A stretch of 64,000 bases of DNA from contig NW_020845941.1 in the NCBI RefSeq assembly GCF_003704095.1, forward strand, positions 186,001 to 250,000, given 5' to 3'. A program made the position numbers and the translations under genes. This DNA comes from Pocillopora damicornis. Lineage: Eukaryota. How positions within the stretch are numbered: position 1 is the first letter of the stretch; every line of letters begins with the position of its first letter. Under the pieces are notes generated by a model that was not told where the DNA came from, did no database searches, and saw only the letters and a list, made by a program, of their open reading frames with translations. Shown piece by piece: positions 45,316 to 63,500 of this stretch.

Positions 45316-46588
45316 GTCCTACTGAGTAACTGTAACTGAAATGGTATTGTTAAAGGAGAAAATTGGCATCTAGCAAGAATTTTCGGCACGTGTGTTTTAA
45401 CTTATCTAAGTGTTGGAGAATTAATGGAAAACATATATTACCATAAGCCGTTCAGTAAAAATTATAATAAGCCAGTTGATCATTTCTTACTCCTTTTGGC
45501 GGTCTTATCTTACAGGTAGAATTTCAGTCACCCTTTTTAAATCGTGGTCGTGAATTTGACATGGAGACAGATGTTTTTACGTAAACTACAATTTGACACA
45601 CACACTTTCCCTGAGAGATCTGAGTTAGTACCCGTTATAGTAACTTGTTTAGTAAAGGAGAGAATAAAGAAATAGTCAATAAAACGAGTGTTAGAAATAA
45701 CATCTAACAGGCTTGTGTAGGACAATAAGAAATAAATAAATGAATAAAATAAAGCAAGGTTCGTCTAGTTCATTCAGTTACATATTGTCCTGACGTCGTT
45801 TGCGTGTACGGTGCTGGTCGATGTCCATAGGTTCTCTACTAGCCAAAGATTCTTGTCCACGTTCGGTAACATTTCGTTCTTCTGGTCTTTTCCACGCACG
45901 GTGTTTTGTCTCTGTCCATAGGTGTAGTCCAAGTGCGGAGATGACTGTCCACACACGATAACATTTCGTTCTTCTTCGCTGCGTGCGGAAAGTCTCTCCG
46001 CGCGCGAGAATTTTGAGTGCCTGTGGTCTTGTCCATGCAAGGCACGAATGTCCAAGCCCTATAAATTTCTCATCTTTGTTTTAGACCACGTACGTCATGG
46101 TTGTCTACGCACGAGAGTTCCCCTTCCTGTAGGGTTTTTTTTTTTCATACCTTTCTGCGGCTACTAGCTCAGATCTCTCAGGGAAAGTGTGTGTCACCGC
46201 TTATAAAGGTGACGCTTACTGAAGTCATTTTCCTTCGTAATTAAACACCTTTTTGCAACATAATGGCAATGTACCAATATTTAGCCGAAAATTGTAGTTT
46301 ACGTAAAAACATCTGTCTCCATGTCATGTCAAATTCACGACCACAATAAGAAAAAGGTGACCAAAATTCTACCTGTAAGATAAGACCGCCAAAAGGAATG
46401 AGAAATGATCAACTGGCTTATTATAATTTTTACTGAATGGCTTAAGGGAATATATTATTTCTATTAATTTTCCAATGCTTAAATAAGTTAAAACACATAT
46501 ACAGAAAATTCTTGCTGGATGCCAATTCTTTCCTTTAACAATAACATTTCAGTTACAGGTACTCGGTAGGATCTGGGTACGAGATTAC
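45316..46588. mobile_element. Non-autonomous element with about 280-bp inverted arms
   Basis: 45316-45595 (TCCTACTGAGTAACTGTAACTGAAATG...TTTACGTAAACTACAATT) is the reverse complement of about 46290-46572. Confidence 0.8.
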
Positions 46589-47256
46589 TGTCGCCAATAT
46601 AACCGCTTGGCGGTGAAAGTTCTAGGAACGAAACTAAGGCGACGGTAGATTGCTTGCAACCGGCATTTATTGAGACCACTTCATTTAGATAAAAGAGAAA
46701 ATCTCCAGGAAAATTTGCTTTTATGTGGGTACCGCCCATAAGTCTGTGTTCAACCCTGCACTTGACATAAACACCTACAATCAACACTTCGGCTGATCGT
46801 TATTTTATTAACAGAGTGTGAGTACAAAATGACAAATGCCCATGAAAAATATACCACGTCATTAGTTGCAAGATTTTGTGGCCTGGTTATCATATAATAA
46901 GATTTTGTAGCGGGTTATCGCGGTATGAATGCCAAGAAATCAACTGATCAACTAAGGTTTTGCAGGGAAAATTCCGCTGTAGATTCCCTTCACACTTTGC
47001 GAATCTCCTATGCTCTGTGTGAGAAGAGTTTAGGAGGGCTATGTCAAGAGAGAAAGACGCAAATGACAACAAAAAGAAAGTTGTCTTCAATCTAAAATAA
47101 AGTTCTCCCCGATAGTACGATATATGATTGTATGTACACATTTCTATAGGGAGAGTTCCGATACAACAGACTCATTATAAAGGACTGATATATAATAGTT
47201 TCTTCCTGTCGATGAATTAAAATATTACGACTGTGTTTAACAAGCGATTCTCTGAT

Positions 47257-50342
<3,086 letters not shown>

Positions 50343-52642
50343 TTTGGAAGTGTTTTAGTCTCGATTACCTCTCTTAAGTAATGTCTTAGATGTTAGAGTG
50401 CTCTGTACGGCTCACAGATTCAAACTGAAAGAGCTCAAGGACCGGTTACGATTCATAAACTCTTGGTTGCCACGTCAACAAAAGGTGTCGCTATTAAGCA
50501 TGTTTGAATGTGTGTATTCCCAAGTGAAACGTAATCGACGAATTCAAAAGTCCCGCATATTTAGCGTGCTCCAGTATTTGTCTTTTAAATCGTTGTACAA
50601 ACTAAGCACTATTTTAATTAACTGAAGTAATAGCGCCAACAGAGCGACCTCTCGAGGGGGTGCTTATTCTACTGCCTTCTATTCAAAGTTCGTTTACACA
50701 TCACGTTTGGCTTTATTTAATAGACACAACGATCTGAAAGCTTAGCGTCGGACGATTCCTGCCGAAATTTCTTTGAAAATGTTGTCAGCAGAATCATCAA
50801 ATCTTGCCAACTCTGCAACCATGAACCAGTAGTCGGTTTTTAGAGATGAACGCACAGAGGCCTTTACTCGCTTTTCCTACATTAAAGGAAAATGGATTAA
50901 CGCTCTTTTTGAGGAAACAATCACTTGAATATGAACTGCCTTCACTCAATAGACAGGGCAAACTAATTAAGTGAGCATCTGTAAACAGGCCGTTCTGAAA
51001 AGTATAAATATAACACTTAGCACGAAGCTAATAGGTTAACTGACAGTTGGAAGCGAACAGTATTAAGGACTGTTTCCGTCTTTCCCATGACAGGAAAACC
51101 TCAGTTGTATTACAGAATGTGTCAAGGCAGGGCAAGGCAAAAGAACAAAGGGACTCCTAAAATGAATATTTATCTCTAACAATTAGCACTGATCCAAGTT
51201 TCGTTTGTTTTTTCTCACTCGTTTGGAAAACGAATAAAAGAAATGCCACATCCGCTGTCGAGCCATACATCAGAATTTAAACCTACGCAGTTTTCCGTAA
51301 ATTAACTACAGTTTCAAGCAGAGTTTATTATTAGGGTTCAGTGAGTTACAAGCATTCCAAAGTCTTACGGCTCTGCGTACAGAACTTCAATTGTTTGAAG
51401 GCATGTTTTTTGATGTCACAGAAAGAGCTCTTAATGTCGAAAAGATCGATATCAAAAGAAGTCAATTAGCTGCTTGTGTTGTCATTGTTTAGTTGACTTT
51501 GCGTTTCTCAAACTGGATCAAATTTTAAGCTTCTTTGCAATGGTCTTGGAATTTGATGAGTTTATCTACAAGATTTTACTCTCATTCCAAACGCACTTTG
51601 TTACAACAAGGACACCCAAACACTCGAGATATGAAATGCTACCTCGACATCACGTGAATGTTAAACCCATGCAAAGACGCCCTTTGCGTTTCCAAGTTAC
51701 GGTTTTCATGGTTACTCTTCAGGTTCCCATAGTTTGATTTTGATTACTTTATGCCTAGTGCTGAGTGCCCCTTATTGTCTCAATGTCCGCGCGAAGTCTG
51801 GGATAAACAGATGAGGTGAGCGAGGAAAGATTATTCAAGACGGTCATTTGAATCTTTTCCGTAATCTTTAACGTTATTTTGGGCCGTCCTTTGAGCTAAA
51901 AAAATAAATCAAGACACGCAATACAAATAACTCACACAAAATTCAGATTTATTAAAAAAATAACATAAAAGATGCTATTCATATAAAACGCATCGAGTAA
52001 CTTTCGGTGAACAGTTTTCATCATCTTTTCTGATAGTCACCGAAATCTCTTTGTTAAAACAGGCCTGAATTAAAATTAAAACCTTTGTTGTTAGAAGATA
52101 CTGGAGAACCCGACATACTTCTTTTTTAAATGTTTTGGTCCTAACGATTTTATCTAAATCCATCTAAAATGACTGGCCAGGAAACTTTCCCGTTGTTTTT
52201 TTCAAGACTGTTTGAACGCAAAAACAAAAGATTGTGAAGGATGTTGACAGGAGCTCCCGTCTTTGGTCTCATCTTCGATTTTCCAAGCACTAACGGGAGT
52301 GTAATAATTCATTTCGCGTTTAAAGCGACGTTGCGTCTTACTGCTACAACAATAAATTATGAAAATAATATTGTCAAGTTATATGAACCCTATGACTCCC
52401 ATCACTGACCAAGACATAATTTCTCCTTGCAATGCCGACACAATATCAAGCAGACAGGTGAGAAGAATTTCAATTGGGAGATTATTTGTTGAGCTAATAT
52501 CAAATTCCCCGAACTAACAGCACAAGAATTGTGCGACAGACAGTAAGGAAAATTATTAATGAGATCTTGGCAGTGAAAGGGTTACGTTTGTTTCAGTTGT
52601 TGTTGCTGATGATGGTGACTACGATGAAGACGAGTCGAGAGT

Positions 52643-55600
52643 TTATTCCGCTTTGAAGTACTTGAACACCTTGAGAAAGAAAAATTAAAACAGTTGCGAA
52701 TTACTGGAAAGGGACTGAACTGTGGCTTGAGTGTTTGGGGTGGTTACTGCGGTTGTTTACATGTATCTTCGCAATACACCAAACTCTGATAGCACATTTC
52801 TCCAGCCTGTAGTAAGAAGTCACCAGCGACCTGACGAAGGGATCTAACGAAATGCTGGGAAGTAGCCCGCGATAGATCAGCGTTGCATACAGGCAGAGCA
52901 GTGATGCGAACAGCTTATAAAATGTTTCTTAAGTCACATCTCAACTGTGATGTATGCAAACTCTAAATCACCTGTAACTGATAGAAGAGCCCCTTCTCAA
53001 ACGGAGTCTCAAAATAATAGCACTAATAAACATACCTTTATCTCCATATCCTCTGAGCCTGACAGAAGCATATCTTTATGAATAACAACACAGTTGACGC
53101 TCCCTTCGTGTCTTGAGAGTGTTTGCATTGGTAACATAGTATCCAGATTCCACACCTGATAGAAAACAAAAATTACCCCGAAACTCCAGGAATATTGAAC
53201 TGAGAATATTTTAAACCTAGCCTTAGTTCCAAGTGTTGATCAACATGTAACTTCTCCCTATAATATCCATACATTATCCAGCAAACAGGAAATGAGAATA
53301 CTCAAAGATATCAGGTAGAAGTTGTTATCTTCCTCCAACACCACATTCTCACAACTAATTTAGAGGTAATTGAGTAGCAGCTATGGAGAGAATTAATAAT
53401 CAGATCTTGGGAGTGAGTGGGTTAAGACAGGTTATTAAGGGAGTTCCGAGGGCACGTGACAGCTGCTAATCCTGCCAGTTAGGAGCATGCGCCCAAGTCT
53501 GACGAGTGAGGAATAAAGCGGATCATTCTCTTTATAGCTAAACGAACGAAATGATACCACGTGACTGTACCTGTACTGTTGTGTCGTAGGAGGCCGAGAA
53601 CAACAGCTTTCCCGTCACTGCTGGCGCCAATCCCGTGACTGTGCCAATATGACCAACAAGAGCCTTGATGGACTGGTAGGTGTTTACATCATAAACGTGA
53701 ATGTTCTGGTTGTACGTACCTAAGAGAGAGAGTGAAAGGGAAGGTGCTTCCTCTAGGAACTATAGTAATGTTTATGCGGAGAAGATACGCTTTTAATGGT
53801 AATTATTGACTGGGAGTAATGTCTTCCATAATAAAAACATTTTATGCATTATCGACCTTTAACATGAACAAAGTTTGATCAGTAAATTACCAGCCTGGGA
53901 CTAGAAGAGAGAAAAAAGGAGAGCTGGGTTCATTTCCTTTCCCCCAAAAGTTACAGATTCCTTTATAACTGTATAATTAGACATCTTTTCGTTTGCAATT
54001 CTCATCCCTATTTTAATCCTTCTTTCCATTCTTTGTTTTTTTTATATTGCCAAATTAATATTTTCTTGCTTTTTTTCACGTTGAAGGTAATTTCCCACGT
54101 CCGAACTTAAGACTAAAATTACGATTATATACCACCATAACGAGTGTGGGAAACTCACCAACAAGAATAAAGTGCTTAGTGACAGCCAACGAATACACAG
54201 AGCCCAGAGAGTGATCGATGGTTCCTCGGAGATCAAACGAGCCTGTGGCATCCCATATGTGGACTACATTGTGAGATCCACTGTAAAGCTTCTCCTGAAA
54301 ACATAAACAGAAAACATCAACTTGACAATTGAGACTGAACTTTTCACTTAAATTGAAGTACACTTGAAACCAAGGAATGATCGGCATGAAAAGTCTCCTC
54401 TCATTTCCAGTACAGTGACAAGCAAAGTTGTTATGAGAATTGAGAAAGTCATATGCTTTAGTTTATATACTACTCGGACCGAACTAAAAAATTCTTAAAA
54501 CACACCGACCAAGAAATATCACGTAATAATGCGATTGGTCCACACTGACTTGTTCCACTTTCTTAACCAATCAGATTCAAAACCAAAACGGATTACGATT
54601 TGGCTACCTGCGTTTTCCCCTGCTTCAAGTAATTTGCTTGTTTTAACTTTGAGTTCTCATAGGCTTTTTGCAATATTTTTCTTTGTTCTGATTGGCTGTC
54701 GTGATTACTTCCGTTCTGTATTTAAGACTCTCGGTCAAAATACGCTCTATATGCAACAAAAATAAGAAAAAACTAACTCTTTTAGCGTCCAAAGCCAGCG
54801 CTCGGACCCAGTGATGAAGGTCTGTCATCTCATGTACTTCTTCCAGACTAGAAGCATCCCAAACCTGTAAAATTTTCAGATTATACAATAAGCTGATTTA
54901 TACATACATTTTGATTGGTTATCATCCATGATCAACATCACTATTGACATCATTTTTTTGTTCTTGTCTCATCTTATGTCATCAATCATCTATTATAATT
55001 ATACTGAACAGTTTCACAACAACATGGAATCCATTGGCCAGTTGGATAGCCAAAAATTTATCTATTAGAGAAGTCTTTCACCTAAAGATGGGACATTTTA
55101 TCAAATAACGACCATTACAGGTAAAAGCAGAAGTGAGAAATTTATAAAATCAAATGATTTAAAAAGATTCAACAAGGCTACCTTAATGCAAGAATGTGAA
55201 GATGTGAAGAGGTACTGCCCATTGTAAACAATAGCACATATAATATTGTCATGGGCATTCTGAAAAAAAAAATTAGAAAATAAGAGAATAAAGTCAAAAC
55301 CCACCAAACCTACAAAAGAAATAAAACAAAAAGTCTCACCAATATGCAAAAGTATCAGGTATATGTAACGATATATGATAACAAACCTCTATTTTTTTAT
55401 GTAGAGTTAAATTTTCCAAGTTCCATGAAATAATTGCCTGATCAGATCCTGCACTATATAGTTTTCCACCTCCAACACACATGGTGTGAATCTTAAGAGA
55501 GAGAAGAAAAAAAAAATTTCAACAGAGTATAAGTTTAAAGCCTAAGAAAATAATATTTAGGCAGCACTTTCATTTAATCCCTCACCAGTCATATAATTGC

Positions 55601-58600
55601 TGTCTGTCAACCTGAAAGCAATGAATTATCCCCTGACCAGAACAAACACTTACAGTGTATATCACTTACAGTGTGGTTTTACAGTAGTTATCATACATCA
55701 TGATCATAACCAAAGACAAATAAAAGTAACATTACCCACTGATTGTTATTACAGGTGCAATCATATAATATAATAATAATAACAATAATAGAACAATTTC
55801 TATAGCACCCTATTATAGAGCTTTAAGGTGCTTTACAATAAAATGTCTAAAGCAGTAACTTAGTAAATAAATCAGAAAAATACTAGAGCAAAACTACAAA
55901 TTCAAACAGTGCTTAAAAAGATATGTTTTAAGGCTGCTCTTAAAAGATGTAAGATTTAGACTACATTTTAAATGCTCTGGAAGATTTTTCCAAAATTTAG
56001 GGGTGCATACCGAAAAATCATGATCACCATAAAATTTTAACCAAGATCTAGGTGTCACTAACAAGTTCATGGTTGATGATCATAAATATATTGTTATAAA
56101 AAGCACTCCTTACTTACATCATCAGCGTGCCCTTCCAGGACTTCCGTACATTTTGCTAGCCGCACATTCTCCATGTTCCAAACCTTGATAACTTGATCTC
56201 CACCAGCACTAAAAAGACGATGGCCTTTTGACACCATGGACCAGATAGTACCACGATGACCCCTGAAAAAAGTTTGAGTTAGGATGTAATCAAAACCAAC
56301 ACCACAGTACCTCCTCCTAACTAGAAAAACCCTTACTTCCTAATTTGAAATTTTTACTCAAGAATATAAACTTACTCATATCATCTCCTAATTAGTTAAC
56401 AAACACACAGATAGTATTAACACCTATAAATTTATTTCTGATAATCTTCTTGTTCTTTAAAAAAAGTGATGACAAAACCTGACATTTGATACTTTTTTCA
56501 CTGAGAAATACATAAATCATTAGATAATTACTCCCTTCACCAGGGGCAGCATCAGGAATTTTTTTTCCTTGGTGAGGCATAACTGAGAATATGTGTAATG
56601 GTGGTGCAATAACCGCGATGATAAGTGCCAAAGGCACAAGAAACTAGAGGGATTTGGGGATATGCTCCCCTGGGAAATTTCTCAGGTTGAGGTAATGAGA
56701 ATAAAGAAAAATCTCAATTGGGGGATCCAGACAGACAATCACTCTACATGATCAAACATTACTCCAAGTTAAAACAATTCACTGTTCACAGACAACTTTA
56801 TCAGTGACTAAAAATTACTGTAAAACACCTCAAGGTGCCAATACACTTGAAGACGCAAGGTATGCCCCAAACATCTTGGTGTGCTGCTGGTGATGTCTTG
56901 AGTCTGACGAGTGATTTATGTGCATGAGAATATGAAGTGGTATCATCAGGGCTTGTACTCTGAGAACTGTTGATTGTTTCAGGGATGGAGGTAATTGATG
57001 TTTCACGATAAAGTGATGATCGCTTCAGAATAACTGAAAGTTGTTCCACTTGAAATGCTAGGTCTTCTACTGTTTCTGACAATCTGGAAATAGCACTGAT
57101 AGAAAACAAAGAGAATGATTTTTATCATACTTGAACACATCACTCGGATACATGACTTTCTATGCTTGAGTCATTTAGACTGTGAGTAACTTATGAGGTT
57201 AGAGGTGGTATTTGCTGTGAATCTGCGTGGAGATACCAATTGCAAAACTGGAAAAATTATAGAGACTCAATTCCATAATAACTTTCAATGGATAAAGCTT
57301 TCTCACCACACCTCCCCCCTTTTAATTTTTTATGGTCATTATTTTTTAACTTTTTGTAAACTACTACCACTATAAATTAAATGCTGAACAGGAAAAATAA
57401 TAACCATGATAATTGCTCTTCTAATTTACCAACCTATTGCATTGTTCAACTTGTGTCACTAAAGCATCCTGATGGCTCTCTAGCCATGACACTCTATCTG
57501 AAAGGACCTTTATTGATGATCTTAGTTCTTCAGAGGACTGAAATCAGTGCAACAAAGATTAGATGATTGATACTGCAACAAATTTAATTAGGCACACTAA
57601 TCATTCTTGATCACAACACTGCATCAAAACATCAGGGTCACCCTTTGTGCTACTTTCAGACTAATAACAGGACAAGTTATCATGTTCTGTTTACAATTAG
57701 AAACTTAGTTTTATTGTGTTTATGTATCAAGGCTATTAAAAACACAATCTGAAATACAATGTATGGTTGTAGGGAACTTCCTCAAAAAGAAGCAAATCCA
57801 CTTGAGCAAAGTAATGTAATTTGATGGCAAAACAAATCTTTGGTAAAAAAAGTTTTGAATTTCTAGAAACGTATATCAGTCAAATATTCCCTATAACACA
57901 TCCACCTGGTGGGTACAACATTTAAAGTAAACAACAAATTGCTTAAACCCAGTCAGGGTGGTAAAATCTGAACAAGATGTGTTCTAATTGTCAGAGTAAC
58001 ATGTTTCCTTCCACTCATGTGGTAAAAACGGCAGTCACTGTCATGGAAAAGTCTTCTTTAGGACTGAAACATTTCACTCTCACAATTAGACCACAACATC
58101 ACCATTCAGAATAGCAAATGATTCATTTCGCATATTTGCCTTTGTAGAGGGGGGCATTGGGATTTTCCATTTTGAGGTTTTTGCTATTTTTTAGATTGTT
58201 TTTTCCATTTTTGTGTCAAAAATCTTTGGTTTTTCGGCTTTGGTGTTTGTCGCAGTTTATGGATTTTCCATTTTTTAGTATTTGGTTTTTACGAAAATAA
58301 TGGGTTTTCGGATTTGATATCTGATATGGTTTCGGTTTTTCCTATTTGACCAATTTAGGTACCAGTTTCTCTTTGATCTGAGTGGCAATTATGCACCTCC
58401 ACTGATCTTGCTAAATGCAAATGTTGAGAAAAATGCGTGAAATATCCCAGGGATCCCTAAGGGGGTTCAAGCATCTTGAATGATGCCCAAGACTTTGATC
58501 TTGCAATGTGGAGCACTTAGGTCAAGGTTGATCAGTTTGTGAACCATGTCTTCCAACGTGCCAAACGTGCTGGCAATGGAAGAAGGTCACTTTTTTTATG

Positions 58601-60329
58601 AAGAGAGGAAAGACAGCAAGAATTTCAGAAAGAAAAACAAGGTTAGATGCAAAGTAAAAATTGTAATCCCATAGAGGACTCTAGAAGACTTTGGTGTGAA
58701 TTTCTCTAATTTAACTGGGCTCCATTACCAGCCGATGAGTCTGCAGAGACCACTTGAGGTCCTCAAGAGAACAGCTAAAATAAACCGTATAATTTAAGCA
58801 GGTACAAGAAGATATGAATGCTTAGCCCATGGTATTCACAAATACTGTAATGAAATTAGTGTAGTTTACTCTGTATGCTCCACTTGTCACCACTGTATTG
58901 GATTGATCAGGATGATTTAACTAGGAAGTGAAAATGTATCAGTTTTGATGGTTTAATATGCGGTTTTCGGTTTTGATCAGATTTTTTTTTCAGTTTTCTG
59001 GTTTTGGATTAAATTTTTCTCTACAGTTTTTGTGGTTTCTAGTGGGCCCCAATGCCCCCCTCTTTACAGAACTAACTGGTTCTCATTACCACATAAAATT
59101 GTTGGCATTGATTCCAGTGAGAAATTCAAAATGGCATAATCTAAATATTTCAGTAGTTAGTGTCATTTCTGAATTTGATGTAAACAGCATTTTTACCAGT
59201 TCTTAAAGTAGGATATTTTGTCTCACATAATGGCCCCTTGTTGTAGGATTGTAAAAATTTCTAATAAAGGTTTGAATAAAGATCACCAAAGGGATGGAAT
59301 TCATATTTACTCATTAACAAAGTGACAAAATGAAGTTGCCATACTGTACCTCAGAATGGAGAGCTTGGCACTTAATCAGGTCTGAGCTGTGTTTAAATTT
59401 ACATTCTTCTGCATGTTCTTCCACATTCTGTTTAGTTCCAACATGTTCACAACCTTGGAGGAGTTATAATATCATTACAGACGACTACATTGAAACTTCA
59501 CAAACTCACATTTCCGAAGTGTAATCTGAAAGGTGCAAGTTGCTGCTCTAGCCTATAAACCAAATGACCTAAATTCAAAGTCATAATTTACAATTTCTTG
59601 GCCAGGGCCCAGTAGGCTATCATGAGAAAAAGACAGTTAACTGCCTTTCTGATACTGATAGAGGACTTTAAAGTACGCAATCTGTTCAAATTATGCATAA
59701 CACATTCCATGTATATTTAATTACCTACTAAATTATGATGAACTGCGAATCTAATGACAGGGAAACGACAAACTGAATTAAATTTTAATTTTTCAAGTTT
59801 TTCCCAAAATATATTCAGAGTATAACTGACAAGACCGACCAAATTACATACCCTTGACACTATACTGACAGCGGTACTGAGCACAAACTTTCAAGTGTTC
59901 CTCCAAGCATTTACGACGAAACTTTCCACATTGATTTGAGCTGTTTGGACAAGGGACCAAAGCGAATCCGCAGAGATCTTCATGTTCTCGCCGTCGACCA
60001 AATGAAATTCTCTCTTGACAACCACTACTGTCTATATCAAAGTCTTCTTCCGAATCAGATCGTGTTAAACCGTGCCTACAGTGTATCAACAAGTCTTCTA
60101 TCTGGCCTCGCACGGCTAAGTTCGACACTAAGTGAGTTCGTTGTAAAGTTGTTCCATCAAGAGGACATTTCGTTGTCGCATTTCCGGTAAGAGAAACCCC
60201 ATTTCGAATGCAATTTCTGCAAAACGTATGTCCGCATTGAGTTGAAATAACCGGATCTTTGAAAAGTTCTCTGCAAATGGGGCATTTTAGAGACTCCGAC
60301 GGCTGGACGACAAACTTTGTGGGTAACAT
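52643..60329 (-). CDS. TRAF7: TRAF7-like E3 ubiquitin ligase (RING, TRAF zinc finger, WD40 repeats; about 11 exons)
   Basis: RING CPICRELFKDPVISTQCGHTFCRNC...CPLD, then NLAVRGQIEDLLIHCRHG. WD repeats GHRGTIWSM..LFSAGGDQVIKVWN, HHWVRAL, LYSGSHNVVHIWD, GHIGTV..LFSASYDTTVQVWN and RHEGSVNCV. Ends VFKYFKAE*. Confidence 0.82.
55765..56080 (-). mobile_element. 3' end of an L2/CR1-group LINE
   Basis: The minus strand translates YGDHDFSVCTPKFWKNLPEHLKCSLNLTSFKSSLKTYLFK, like the GDRAFS..P.LWN.LP...FK..LKT.LF C-terminus of L2 ORF2, followed by an (ATT)n tail. Confidence 0.7.
58146..59063. mobile_element. About 920-bp non-autonomous DNA transposon in a TRAF7 intron
   Basis: TIRs AGAGGGGGGCATTGGG / CCCAATGCCCCCCTCT. 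Subterminal (C)GGTTTT repeats at both ends. Confidence 0.7.
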
Positions 60330-60505
60330 TTTTCCGAAAGATGAGTTATTGTGTCGTCGTTAAAACCAAAATTATGATACGAATATTGTCTTGTACATGT
60401 AGTAATCCGCTGATTTACTTTCCAACACTGTAGGCGCAGAGTTTTAGGCAAAACACGAACTTGCGGGAAACGTAGCAGGTACTTTTTGAGAGACACTTGC
60501 AAACG
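60330..60505. promoter_or_regulatory. Putative bidirectional promoter between TRAF7-like and NAGPA
   Basis: Only 176 bp between the divergent ATGs. E2F-like GCGGGAAA at 60463-60470. Confidence 0.55.
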
Positions 60506-63500
60506 ATGAGGTTGTTCGTTTGTTTTTCCACTGCTCTTCTGCAAATTTTAGCTTTGGAGCATGCATCCATTGAAACAACCAGCGACCCCTTCCCAGATGA
60601 CATTCTGACGCCGTACAAGGATTATTACAAAACGAAGAGAACACACAGACATGTTCGTGAATGCCAACCTATTTTATATGGTAATAGAACACACGAGACG
60701 CTTAAGATTCTGAGCCGCATAAAACCGGGTCAACCTTTCGTCCAGGTGAAGAATTTTTATCACAGATACACAAGAAATAATGTGGAAACGGACGTTGTCG
60801 GTCACGTTGTTTCTATAGAAGATCCTTTTCGGACGTTTTCGGTTCTTGAACCGAGGGAAGTCGGGGGTTGTAGCGATCCTTACAAACGAGCTACTGTAGC
60901 AGAATCTGCGAAACAGCGAAAATGCTGGGTAGCTACAAATGCAGGGTTTTTTAGAACTAAGGACGGCAAGTGTTACGGAAATGTTTTCACTGATGGAAGA
61001 AAAGTCCAGGATTCTGGTGGAGTGCAAAATGCAAATTTCGGTATTCGCAGAGATGGTTCTATACTTGTGGGGTACTTATCCGAGGAGATGGTTGATGACA
61101 AAGAAAATCCCTTTGTGCAGCTCGTATCTGGTGTGATTTGGATACTGAGAAATGGCATGGTGTACATAGATGAAAGCAAAACTGCGGAATGTCGCGACAC
61201 TGAGGAAACAGGTTCTATGGACTTGTTTGCCGATGTTATGTCCGCAAGAACAGCGTTGGGACACGACATAGAAGGAAGGGTTATGATTGTTCAGATTGAT
61301 GGAAAGACAAATCACAGAGGGCAAGTGTTAAACTTCGTTGCTTGATCTTATCTTTGCTGATCATTTGCCGTTTAGAAGATGGAGATTTTCTTTCAGGAAG
61401 TTTATTGTCACGTATCACATGACTTGAGAGTTCACATTACTCTGATCCATTTCCATGGAGCTGTAACCATTCTTCGCCACGTATCAGATTGTTTTTATTC
61501 TTTACTGACTGCCATTTTCTTTTGTGTTTGAAGGATTTTTGTACCTTTGACCTTGTTAAGAGCAGAATTTTGAATATTAATGTAATTGTGCTACTTGATA
61601 CAACAAACACAGCTGTTTCAAGGCATAGTTAGGCATATTTTTGCCTGGGGTCTGTTTTTGGAACTTTTGTAGAGGATAGCAAAGGAGGGATCCTGATCCT
61701 GTTAAATGTATGAATGTGAGATAAATTCATTTGATCTGTCATAAATTTAAAAGAAAAATTTCAAATCTTTCAGGGAAATCTTAAGGTTTTCACGAAACAA
61801 AAGAAAAAATTCACAGGACATGTACTGTATATTTCTGGAGGCAAATCATGCCTCATGCAGGGCCCAGTTGTACATACATATTATACAGTACATTATCCTT
61901 TATCCAGTGGATAGTTTATCCAGTGGATAGCATTATCCACCCTTCAAACTACCTGAACCTGGTCCATAAATTTACAAATCATGCTTGCCTTTCCGTAAAA
62001 TTCTCGCGTCATGTATCAGTTTTGGCCTTAAGTATGAACACATTCAAACCCTTTGCTACCCTCTGTGGATGCCGTGTTCAGTGTCCTTTCCCCAAGAGCA
62101 GCTTGTAACCAAGCCTATGTAGAAGTATGTCATCAAAATGCATTTCTTTGTGTTCTTTTATCATTTTGTTTCTCTACTATGTTATTATTTTGCGATAAGT
62201 GATCAATAAGACCTACAACTTGAAGTATGTTAGAACAATGGGTTAATGTGAACAGGAGCTGATGATGTGTTTGGTTCAATTAGGATTGATCTGTACAGCT
62301 TTGCTAGTCTTTTATCGAAACTTGGTCTGGTGAATGCAATAAACCTTGACGGTGGAGGCTCAGCTACAATGGTAGTGAACAACACACTGGTAAACTACCC
62401 TTCAGATGAATGGTGAGTCTGTTACTCTGTTTTTTGATTTGGGAGCACAAATCAGATGTATTTTTAGGGAAATAATTTTTTTTTCCAAAAATGTTTTGCT
62501 TTTTTTTATTTCTTTCTTACAAATGGAATTCATAAATTCTTTGTAGAAGTAATTTGTTGGTGTTGACACTGTATAGTTTTACAAAATAATATGTATATTG
62601 TAATTTGAAATTATTTTTAATTAGTTCAGTTAATTTTCCTAATTTGATTTGAACTGTCCTTTGTTCAAGGAAATCTAAGATAATTAATACGAATCAACAC
62701 ATTTTGAAACCATTCAATCTAAATTCCATGCTTACCTACAACATAACAGAAGTGTTTGATTCTTTTTATAAGAAGCACATTCTTTTCCTTTTTTTTTTTT
62801 TTTCGGTGCAGGGAGGGAGTGGGGACATTATGTTTTGGTCTTTATTGTAGTTCAATTTTATTCATAGTTCAAATTATTTCAAACTCAAAAGAAAATTGAG
62901 TACAAAATGAAACCACAGATGATATCTGGATTTTCTCCTCAACCTGAGTATACCCAAAATTTTTAAATCAGGAAAATTAAAAAACTGAGCGCCCATATAC
63001 TCGCCCATCCCAAAATTATTTCATTTTCTTCAAACAGGTTTAAAAATTTTCTTTTTTTACTTAAACTCTAGTGGTCTTTTCACATGCTCCAGAAAGGTAT
63101 CAACAGTTGTGTGTGCACACGAGCCTGACTGCATACCTAAGGATTGTAATGGCCATGGACAGTGTGTGATGGGGGAGTGTCTTTGCGACAGTCATTGGAC
63201 TGGAGGCTCATGCAATGTATTAAAATGCAGACAACATAACTGTTCTTCAAATGGAAATTGCACTACTGAAGGTGAGATCACAGGCCTTGTTTGCTGGAAA
63301 GAATATCAGTGACACACATCAATGCAGTGACACACTCATCACATTTTGCCACATTTTGACATCATCTGTGATTTATTTGTATACTAAACAAACGCTCAGC
63401 AACTTGGAATATATTTGTTAAAGGTAAATTTTTTTTGGGGGGGGGGTGGGGACTGGACTGATACTTTACATGATATTTAACTGAGGAACAATTGAGCAAA

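Noticed and set aside
45810-46055. CRISPR-like repeat-spacer pattern of GTCCA motifs
   Set aside because: The repeats are short, irregular and degenerate, the context is eukaryotic and there are no cas genes.
52820-52900. Hammerhead-like CTGACGA...GAAA
   Set aside because: No convincing stem II or III. The flank looks like a SINE 3' segment.
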